Part shown: positions 17,763-28,400 of the stretch, piece after piece
How the letters are laid out: each line of letters starts with the position of its first letter
Numbering within the stretch: the stretch's first letter is position 1
DNA from: a virus
Lineage: Duplodnaviria; Caudoviricetes
Virus record (IMG/VR): IMGVR_UViG_3300036985_003381
Span: 325 to 64,324 of that record
Length of the DNA: 64,000 nt
Strand: one strand, 5' to 3'
Notes under the pieces: generated by a model
Seen by the model: the letters and a program-made list of their open reading frames with translations, nothing else
Databases searched by the model: none
What the model was told of the DNA's origin: nothing
Program-made: the position numbers and the translations under genes

Positions 17763-17829
17763 TTGTGGGTTGATAAAAAAATTATTACACATAACTAATC
17801 GGTGAGTATTAAATAACTAAATACTAATT

Positions 17830-18030
17830 ATGCAAATAACAGTTAATTACAATTTAAAATGGCAGCTAAAATCAGCCCCGAATTACCAGTTTACAGACAA
17901 TGGAATTTGCATCAATACATTAAGAGGCAAACAAGTAAGAAAAGTAGTTGTAAGCGGAACTAAAGGTTATTGTATCAACGGTAAATTTAGAAGTGTATTG
18001 CAGTTAAGAAAAGAATTAATTAAGATTTAA
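17830..18030 (+). CDS. Small basic protein, weakly NUMOD4-like
   Basis: W..K..PNYQF...G...N pattern; weak. Confidence 0.55.
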   Translation: MQITVNYNLKWQLKSAPNYQFTDNGICINTLRGKQVRKVVVSGTKGYCINGKFRSVLQLRKELIKI

Positions 18031-18253
18031 AAAGAAATATTACCATTTTAGAACGTTTCTAAATTACTTAAACCAACAAATAATTAAAACAATATCTCTT
18101 AATTTGAATTATGAAATTTAAAGCACTTAGGAAGTTTAGCAGGCAACAGGTGGTGGGACATCTGAGTAAAATGGGTAAAGTAAGAATTTATACCATTGAG
18201 GGGATTGATTATACAATAACTGAATTTAAAAAACATTTTAATAAATTTGAACT

Positions 18254-18505
18254 ATGAACATACAAAACATTTTTAAACCAAAACCAAAATTTAAGACATG
18301 TACCCTAGCAATAGCCGACCACTTTAAAAGAAACGGTAGTTTAAGCCAGTTGGAGTGTTGCCAGTTATTCCTTAATTGGAATCTTCACAAAGTTGTGGAC
18401 CGTTTAAATCGACACCACAATATGAATTTTGAAAAAACTAAAAAACTTATCAAGACCAGGTACGGTAAAACAACTGAAATCGTAACATATCATTTAATAA
18501 GATGA
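18254..18505 (+). CDS. Winged helix-turn-helix protein (HTH_39-like)
   Basis: I.DH..RNGSLSQLE....F....L...V.RL..TRYGK....YHL pattern. Confidence 0.6.
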   Translation: MNIQNIFKPKPKFKTCTLAIADHFKRNGSLSQLECCQLFLNWNLHKVVDRLNRHHNMNFEKTKKLIKTRYGKTTEIVTYHLIR

Positions 18506-18538
18506 TTGAAGTTTATAAAAAAGCAAACAAATAACAAC

Positions 18539-18775
18539 ATGATACAACCAACAAAACAAGAACTAAAAACAAAGATTATCGAACTAAATGAACTACTTCG
18601 TAGAGAGATTAAAAACATTATATATCACCAAGAGTTGACTGAGAATATGAGGGATAAGATGATTAGGGGAGACAAGTTAAACCAAATCCTTATGATAAAA
18701 ATTAGTTCTTTAGAATATGCAATTAAAGAATGTAATAAATCCTGGTGGAAGAAAATGTTTTCTAAATTATTCTAA
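18539..18775 (+). CDS. Coiled-coil hypothetical protein
   Basis: Track ORF 18506..18775; ATG at 18539; ends SWWKKMF. Confidence 0.6.
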   Translation: MIQPTKQELKTKIIELNELLRREIKNIIYHQELTENMRDKMIRGDKLNQILMIKISSLEYAIKECNKSWWKKMFSKLF

Positions 18776-19014
18776 TGACTGAGCAGCAAATACAATCTAA
18801 GCATATAAAGAAATTAGAGGCTGAAGGATACTATGTTATAAAGCTTATTAAAACAAATAAGAATGGTATACCTGATTTAATCGCAATACCAAGGAATGCT
18901 GATGTCTTATTTGTGGAGGTAAAAACGCCAACAGGAGTGCTTTCTAAGTTGCAGGAGTATAGATTAGAGGAACTTAAATTGCATGGTCTTAAAACAGACG
19001 TTTATAGGGGATGA
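18775..19014 (+). CDS. VRR-NUC nuclease
   Basis: TE..IQ, GIPDL, FVEVK, LSKLQ motifs. Confidence 0.88.
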   Translation: MTEQQIQSKHIKKLEAEGYYVIKLIKTNKNGIPDLIAIPRNADVLFVEVKTPTGVLSKLQEYRLEELKLHGLKTDVYRG

Positions 19015-19400
19015 TACAATTTGAATCTAAAGAAAATATAGCAAGGAAAAATAAGTCAATGGATGTATTCATTAATACATTCGGTGGAATTTATAAGAAA
19101 TCTGAATCCTTAGAATATAAAATACTGAATATAAATGGGGACCTAATTGCTTATTCAGAAGTAATTATATCCCCAAATGTTATAAGATACGCTTATCCAT
19201 TATCAATTACCATTACCAGGTTTAACAAGTTGATATCTAAGCGGCTTAATCCGGTACTCATTTGGTCGTGTGACGATGGTATTATATACGCTAAAGCTAT
19301 GAACCTAATTGGTACAATAAAATATGATAAACTTTTATCTGACTTTGTAATATACTTTGACAAACAAAAGGAGTTCAAATATATTAGGTATATAAATTAA
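19011..19400 (+). CDS. Hypothetical protein
   Basis: Last ORF of + arm, convergent with the giant gene (4-nt overlap). Confidence 0.7.
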   Translation: MIQFESKENIARKNKSMDVFINTFGGIYKKSESLEYKILNINGDLIAYSEVIISPNVIRYAYPLSITITRFNKLISKRLNPVLIWSCDDGIIYAKAMNLIGTIKYDKLLSDFVIYFDKQKEFKYIRYIN

Positions 19401-22400
19401 AAATTTTCATTAATTGCATCATCTATTTCTTTATCAATATTTTCAATTTCTTTATAAATTTCTTTATCAATATCTTCAATGCTACTGCTTTTAGAAGATG
19501 TCTTTTTCGTTAATTGTTTTTCTGTTTTCCCTTGTTTTTTGATAATTGCAAGTTCTCTTTTGGATATAGTTTTAACATCCGTTGGGACTAATTTTAGCAT
19601 TGAAACAGAATTTAACAATAAAAGTAATGGCAATTTATTTACATCTTCATCTGATAATGTTTTAGTATTACCATAATCATCTACAAATTGTTTAGTATAA
19701 ATCATTTTAGACAATTTATATAATCCCATAGCATCTTCTGCTGCTATACCCAATATCCCTGCTTGTTTAACAAAGTCTTTTGGCTTTGCTTCAAACAACA
19801 ATAATCTTTCTTTTTCTGGCTTGTCCATTTGCAACATATTTGCAATATAATTTATTCCAAATGTTACAGCAGGGTCTGTTAAAGGAACAGGAGAAAGCAT
19901 ATCGGCTGCAAGATTTGTAATTTGCCCTTTATAAATATTATTTAATCTTTTTTGTTTTTCTTCTTCATCGTCATCTCCACCCCATATTGAATTAGTGATT
20001 GAATCTAGTAATGCAGTTGTACCTATCGACACCAATCTAAATGCAGCAGCTTCTACTGCAAATCCTGCTAATGACTTTGCTGCTATTGCCTTGTCTTGTT
20101 TAGATGAAGTAAAACTTGTAAGTGTAGTTACATCATTTATCAATCGTATAGACTGATTTATTCTGAAATTAGCAAAAGCAAATATTGTTTTTACTACAAT
20201 CGTTCTGTATGCATCATTTTTAGTAAATAGCATTCCTCCCAAGTCCGGATCGGATATGTTCTGTTGTCTGTTAACCATTCTTGTAGCATAATTTTTAGCA
20301 TCCTCGTTATATACATTAAAATCAAATTTTATTTTATTTTTACTCAAATAATCTTTGTAGTATGTAAACCACGATGCCCTAGCAATAAATACATCAGGTT
20401 TTTCAAGCAACCATTTAAGTTGAAATTCTCCCAATTTTTTTATATATTCTAATTGCTTTATTCCAGATGAATTATTTATTAAATCTTCTAACTTATTTGA
20501 TTTAGTTATTTGAGCCTCAGATGCCATTGACCTATTTGCAACTGTTGTACCTGAATTATCAATAAAATCTCTAATTTGTTTATTCCAAATATTTCTAATG
20601 TCTAACCCATTTGCATTAATTATTGTATTAAATGCCAATGGCACTACTTGTTTAACAGGTTGAGATAAACTTGTAAGTGCGGATGCAACTCCTATAGATG
20701 TAATACTATTTAATTTATTTATTGCTCTTGATAACTGTTCATTATTTATATTATTTTTATTTCTTGTAAGTTTCACATAATGATTTACTCTTGATTTTAA
20801 TAAATTTCTATCATTTTTATTTGGTATAATATTAGACATATTTTCCATAAAAGCTTGAAGTTGTCTTATAGGACCAGCCGTTTTTATATCTATCAATGCA
20901 TCATACATTGAATTTACATTATTTGTATCAAACGATAAATTTATATATGAACCTTTTGGTAGAGGTTTATGTTGTGCTTTTTTAAGTGACCCTGACTCCT
21001 CTTTATATAATGTCCCAGGTCTAAAATTATTTGTATTAAATACTGACTGAGTTTGTTCGATATCTAATTCTTTTTTTAATTCTGTATTTAGATATCTCGC
21101 AGGGGTATAATTAGATTCTCTCTCTAATATTTCATTGTAAATACTCTTAGAAACATCGTTCATTTCATCAAACTTGCTGTCCCATTTGTTTACCCAAAAA
21201 AGTACAGCCTCCCCATTTATTGAACTAACTTTACCTTCAATATCTTCAATGCTTTCGGCATCTTTAAGTATCTTATTATATACCTTTTTATATAGCTCCC
21301 CTAATCTGTTTTCTTCTTCTGAACTTTTATCATTTGTAAGATATTCTATAGAGTCTATTATATCGTTTTTGCTTCTTATAAAATCATCTTCCATTTGCTC
21401 ATTTGTGCCAATAATTGTTCTTAGCATATGTGCATACATACCACGTTCTACAATATTTTCTTCATCAAAAAAATCTTTCCCATTTGGTTTTGTGTCTCCA
21501 AACTCTTTAGTATACTCTACAGCAAACTTTTTTACTTCACTTGTCGCTTCAGCCTTCCCATTTACAACGCTTGAAATACCGCTCTTATCTTCAAAAATAC
21601 CCCCCCTTATAACCCCTTTAAACATTTTCTCTATTAAAGATGGTAGAGAGGAAAGTTGTTCATATGCCGCCCCTCCTATAACCCCGGAGAAATATAATTT
21701 AATTTTACTAGATATTAATTTGTTTTTTTCAAGTTCCAACGAATTTTTCAATCCTGTATATTCATAAAAAACAGACCCTATTTTTGCAATAGACTTATTC
21801 TGTATAAAGTTCTGCAATGCATCCACCGCATCAATAACTGTCTTTAAATCCAATAAAGACAAATCCATACTCATAAATTTCTTTATAGTTTGCTCTTCAG
21901 AAGCTGTCAGTTCAAATATATCACCACTAATAGGTTCTGTTCCAGTACTAATTATCTTATTTATTATTGCTGAAAAAGAATCAAATCTACCTTTAGCCTT
22001 TTTTCTAAATAAGCCTTCATCTTCTTTCTTTATAATTAATTTATCTTCTTTAATTAATTTGATTATTTGATTATATGTCATACCAGAAGTATCATCAATT
22101 CCAAATAATTCTTCTAATTGTTCTGATGCTCTATTAAATAATATTCTATCCTGAATTTTTTTTACTGTTTCAATATATTTTAAAGTAGGTACAATATCTA
22201 TAATATCAACAAAATTATCTGATGATTTTGTTCCGGTTATAGACTCTTTTAGTTGCGTTGCGATACTATTATACCTGTCTATATCCTCTACTAACGATGT
22301 GTCTAGTTCTAAGAACTTTTTTGCTAATGCCCTTAAATCAGCATTTTTAGATTTATTAGCAGCTAGTTTTGCTATTTGTTTTTTTATTTTATTGGCAGCA

Positions 22401-25400
22401 ATTAGTTTATTTTGATAGTCTACATCTTTAAAAACATTAGACATATAGTCTAAAAACGTATTTATAGAGTCATCATTAAACATATTTATTTTACTAAATT
22501 TATTTAAAATGGCTGTTAACTGAGATGTACTTATTTTCCCGTTTATCTTTAATGCTCTGACTGACTTTATAACCTCAGCGGATATCTTTAACCAAGCTGC
22601 CTTGGTATCCCTTGATGATTTTGCCATGTCTCTTATTCTTTGCTTTAGAAGTTGAGTGTCTGTCATCGTAATATTTTTGATATCCTTGATAGTATCAAAT
22701 AATTTACCTGGAGATGGGGCAGACTTTTCTCTAACACCTAATTTCTTATTCAGCATCCTTACCAATGCCTCACGCTGTACATCTGTGGCATTCTCGTACA
22801 CCAAGGAACTCTGTAAGTATGCTAAAGCAGATGTGTATACCCTTTTCTTAGTAGAGTCAATCTTATTGGATGTTTCGTCAATAATTTTATCTAATTTCTT
22901 TATCATTGCATCGTACCCGGGCAGATTACTCTCGGATAGATCACCCTTCTGAGACTTGGATACAGGTTGGTTTAGACCTTTGAATAATGGTATTCCGCTT
23001 TCAACTGACTCTTTTAGTTCGGGTGTTATGTCTATGGAGTTTTGAGTGGTTGTTATATTATTGCTTTTTGATTTTAATTTTAATTTTTTAAATTCTTTAT
23101 ATAAATCAGAGTTTTCATTTATTTCTAATTTAACTGCGTCTACATTATAAATACCTTCTCCAGCATTTTCAAGGAAGTCTTGAAAAAATCTTATTTCTTG
23201 TTGATTCCCATCATATATTTTCTTTATAATTTCAGTTGTCTTCGGCTCTTGCTTAAATAAACTCTTAGCTACATTACCTACTATGCCTAAACTTCCTTCT
23301 TTTGGTGAACCATAAAAACCTTTCATCCCTTTGCCACCAATTTTTAAGTAGTCCCCTTTTAACACTTTATGCTCCCTTGGTTGCCCACTATAATAATCAT
23401 TCCCAATTACAGAATGATATTCTTCACTTACATTACCTTCATTATTAATAATTTTATTAGAAATTTCTTTACCTAATACTCCTTCAAGTTGTGATTCAGA
23501 ATAAACACCACTTGAAATAGATTGATTATTCTTATCAGCACTAATAATATATTTACCATTATCTAATTTACTATATAAAATTTCATCAACCTGCTTGCTC
23601 AGATCATACCTGTCATTCTGTTGTTCCCCAGTAGTCCAAGCAATCTTATCAGCACCTTGTTTTACTGCTTCTTTAAGAGCTACTTTTAAACCTAATTTTG
23701 CCCAAGCGTTTGTGTCCATTACGAAAGGAGCTTGAGGGGTTGATGCGTTAGCGTTGTCTATACTACGTTCAGCAATATTAATTTTTTCATTTTCTATTTC
23801 AATCCCATTAAAAGCTGATAATATTTCTTTTCTTATTGTTATTTTTTCCGTTTCGTATTTCTCAATTTCTTTATTTGCAGCATCCCAATCTCTGTTATTT
23901 CTTACGGTATCTTTATATTTTTCTAATCTAGCAATCGCTTTATTTATTTCAGATGTTCTTTCTGTTTTGCCTTGTTTAAATTCTGCAATTTCGGATGTAG
24001 ATGAATTTGGTAGTAAACCTAATTTTTTAAGCGATTTATTGTATTCAGATATTTTTTCTTTTGATTTATTAATAATACTTTCTTGCTCCGAAGTATCTTT
24101 AAACCCTTCCTTCTTACCTTTCTGTCCCCAATCGCTTTGTACTTCTTCTAAGAATAAAACCTTGTTGCCTTCTACATCTGTTCGGGTATTCATTCTTAAA
24201 TGAACAAGAATGTTTGGTTCGTCAAAGTGGGATGATTGGAATGATGTTTGGGCTTTTCTGTTTGCTGCTATTCTTTCTTTCTCTGACCTATTAAATTCTT
24301 CGTAAACCTTATTAAATTCTTTGTCCGTTAGGTCTGCAAACTTTGGTGCTTTTATTCCTTCTTGCCCTCTGTATTTACTCATATTGCCCTCATACCAATC
24401 TCTTAATAAGAGCGGTTTTTCTTTACTCGGCAATGTAACCAATATCTCTTTGTAGTTTTCTTTTTGTCCTTCTAATTGGTATTGAGAGAATTTAGTTCTA
24501 CTATTTTCTACATAGTCATTTCTAAGATACTCAATAGCATCATCTCTTGACATATCTTCACCTACTTCATCATTCATTAAGGTATCTATATCATCTTCGG
24601 TTGGTTCTTCTTTCACAACCTCAACTATTTCAATACGATTGGTTTTAAAGTAATCAAGTAAATCGTTTTTATAAATTACTTTATCCGAATTTTCAGTTAA
24701 ATAATCGGCAACACCAGTCCATTTAAGCTCATCTCCCTCTGTTTCTCCTATTAATCGTTTTAACCATTCTTTCCCTGTGGCTTTATCAAGTTTAGACTTG
24801 TTTATTCCCCTTTCAAGTGGACTATAAAACCCATTAATTAATTCGGCAGTAGGTTTAGAATTATCTACTTCAACTTCTACTTCTTTTCCGTTGAGTGTAA
24901 CTTTGTATTTGTCGTTTAGGTGTTTGGCAAATAATCCTTTATTCCATTTGGCATTATTTATTTTGCTATCTATCCACTGAATTGCTTTATTAATAGCATT
25001 ACCAAGTTTAGACCCTTTTTCTACTTCTCTTGCCGCTATTTCTAATGCACCGTTATAAATAGTTTTACTTATACCGAAATCTACATGTACGCCTAATCCG
25101 CTAAGTTTCTTAGACCTTATTTTTGAGGCTAAGTCTTTTATATCCTGTCCCTTCTGAGACTTGGATACGGGTTGGGGTGTTGCTTGAGAGTTTTTTTCTT
25201 TAATATCAAGAGCTTGTTCATTTAATGTAGGGCTATCGCTATAAAACTGACCCCCAATAGATTGTAAATTACCTAGTGATTCTATTTTAGAACGTCCAAA
25301 ATCAGCATTACCCCCAATAGACTGTAAATTACCTAGTGATTCTACTTTAGAACCCTCAAAATAAGCATTACCCCCAATAGACTGTAAATTACCTAAGTCT

Positions 25401-28400
25401 TTTACTATAGAGTCATTAAACTCAGCATAACCGCCAATAGATTGTAAATTACCTAGTGATTCTACTTTAGAACCCTCAAAATAAGCATTACCCCCAATAG
25501 ACTGTAAATTACCTAGTGATTCTACTTTAGAACCCTCAAAAGTAGCATAACCCCCAATAGACTGTAAATTACCTAAGTCTTTTACTATAGAGTCATTAAA
25601 CTCAGCATAACCGCCAATAGATTGTAAATTACCTAGTGATTCTACTTTAGAACCCTCAAAATTAGCATAACCCCCAATAGACTGTAAATTACCTAAGTCT
25701 TTTACTATAGAACCATTAAAAGTAGCATAACCCCCAATAGACTGTAAATTACCTAAGTCTTTTACTATAGAATTAGTAAAATTAGCAGTACCCCCAATAG
25801 ATTGTAAATTACCTAGTGATTCTATTTTAGAACGTCCAAAATCAGCAGTACCCCCAATAGATTGTAAATTACCTAGTGATTCTACTTTAGAACGTTCAAA
25901 ATCAGCATTACCACTAATATATTTTAAATTTTTTGGGAATACAACTGAACTACTATCATAATAATCATTAATCAATATTTCAGTATTTGATTCAATACCA
26001 CTACTATATAATGCAATTTTTCCTCTTAAATCCTCAGCAACATCACCATACCTTACTTTTACTTTAATATTTTCAGTTAATTTGCTTACTAACCCATTTT
26101 CACCATAATCAACAGAATATTTTTTAGCATCTTTTATTATATCAAAATATTCTAATATGTCATCCATAGACATATCCTTATCTTCAATGTTCTTAGTAAA
26201 GTCTTTTACTTTATTATTATAAGCAATAGAATCTAACCACTTCTTACCACTATCGTTTGGTATACTTTCTTTTAAGAACTTATCTGCGACAGGTAGCATA
26301 TCGGGTTCTAAATCTTGCTTAGAAGAAGCATTCCCTCTTACCTCACCAACCTTATCACCATCCATCCTTACAGCAATCCTAGGAACGTATTCTCCCTTTT
26401 CATCATCTGTAACATAAACATAAAAATCACCTCCCTTTAATTGGTTTAGTGCATTTGTTTTTGTACACCAATAAGTATTTTGTACTAACTGAGATAATTT
26501 ATTTGCTGTATTACTTAAATCTTGTGCATTATTTCCACCATCAAACTTCAACCATTTGCCTTCTTTAGTAGATACCATAGAATTAGCACCAACAATATTA
26601 TTTACATTATTTGCTTGTACTTCTACATAATCTTTTAATAGTGCCTTGCTCTCGCTATCATAGATAGATGCAAGTGTCCCTGCATCAAATGGTGTAAAGT
26701 TTCTAATTGTTTTATTACTTCGCTTGGTATATGATCCTGTCTTAAAATCATAGTTATGAGTAAGAACAGCATCTAATATTATATATTTAAACGCATCACT
26801 GTAATCAGATTGGTTTAGATAGTCCTTCCATTGACTTAATGTTTCTGATTGCGCTCTTGCATACTCTTTAATATAATTAGCTCTCATAGGAGAGTTTTCA
26901 TCAAGAGCAGACCTGGCACTTTCTATCCTACTTAAAGATGCACCTTCGTCTTCTAATGTGGTAATCTCAGCTTTTATGGCTTGTGTAATTGCAGGGCTAT
27001 CTTCATTAATTATATATTTATTAATATCTTTTATAAGTTTATTAAACTCTTCAGATATTTTTTTACCTACCTCTTCCTTGGTGAACTTTACTCCAGATAA
27101 ACCAATTTGATTCATTGCCTGAGCAGTTCTCTTATCTTGTATACCAACCCTATTATATTTAAGAACATCGTTTTCAGTAAGATTTATTAATCCTTTCTGA
27201 GACTTGGATTTTATAGTTGACCTTTTAACCCTTGAACCATATTTATTTACAATATAATGAGACCCTCCGGTACCATATATATTTGGTAAAGTTTTAATTG
27301 CCTTATATCCTAATCCTAGTTTATTTAATTCTTGTGTTATTCTTGGACCTTCAATAATTTTATCTATATATCCATTCTTATCCATTTTAAACCTGTCAGC
27401 AAATGCATCAAAGTCTTTCTGAGACTTAGAAATAGGGAATTCCTTATTCATCTTATCAACCTCAGATTGTACCTTATCAGATACTACAGGAACACGCTCA
27501 AAGAAGTTATTCTCAGCTGCTCTATTTTTACTTAAAGTATCTTTACTAATTTTTGTGAATCCGTTTTTCTTGTAGAATTCATTTAATTGCTTTTGATTTA
27601 ATCCTTTCTTAGTACCTGCACGTCTTTCTGATTGAGCTAATGGCTCTCCAATAAGAGTTATATTGTTCTTATCTGCAAAATTAGTTAGTGTCTTTAAAGA
27701 CTCACTTCCCCTTCCTTGACCTAACTTGTCGGGATTTACTTGGAAGTCATCGATAGTCACATAACCATCATTACTTTCTGATAACCAAAATGTAGCTCCG
27801 TCGAACATCATCGCTACATCAGAGCGACTATCTCCACGCATCTGTGCAACACTCGATAGGTCAGTAAAGAACAGTCTATTTTTGTTGGCATCTAATCCAC
27901 CAAAGAATGTGTCTTTTATCTCTTCATATTTACCTTCTGTAGAGACCTGTGATTTAGATACCACAGGATTTCTCTCCATCATATTATTTTTAGTGCTCTT
28001 CTCGAAACCGAATTTTGAGTAAAACTCTTTCAACTTCTGAGGAGTCTCAAATCCCTTGGCTTTAATTTCACCAATAAGATTTGGAGTGAGTATCATTTTT
28101 ACGTTATTCTCATCAGCAACCTTAGTAACGATGTTCATTATTTTTGAACCATTACTGGTACGCTCACCTTTGTTTTTACTTACAATCTCATCAATCTTAA
28201 CAGTGTTGTCATCAATCTGAGTCATCTTGATTCTTCCGAGAAGATTTCCATTTTCGTCTGTAGCTGCATACCCTCCACCTAAGTGGTCATTTGGGAATAC
28301 CACATCCATCTTATCAAAGAAATTATCAGATTTTGTTGCTAATTGTGACTTGGATACAGCATTTGTAACTTCAAAAACTGCTACTTTTGGTATTGCTCCT

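Larger units (their letters stand above)
16563..17795 (+). mobile_element. Integron-like gene-cassette array (attC-like sites, no integrase seen)
   Basis: Three units that start GT(T)A and end TAAC with self-complementary ends, separated by two long hairpins. Confidence 0.65.

Noticed and set aside
25251-25910. CRISPR array or DGR variable region
   Set aside because: Repeats are in-frame coding with no unique spacers; no cas or reverse transcriptase gene in the window
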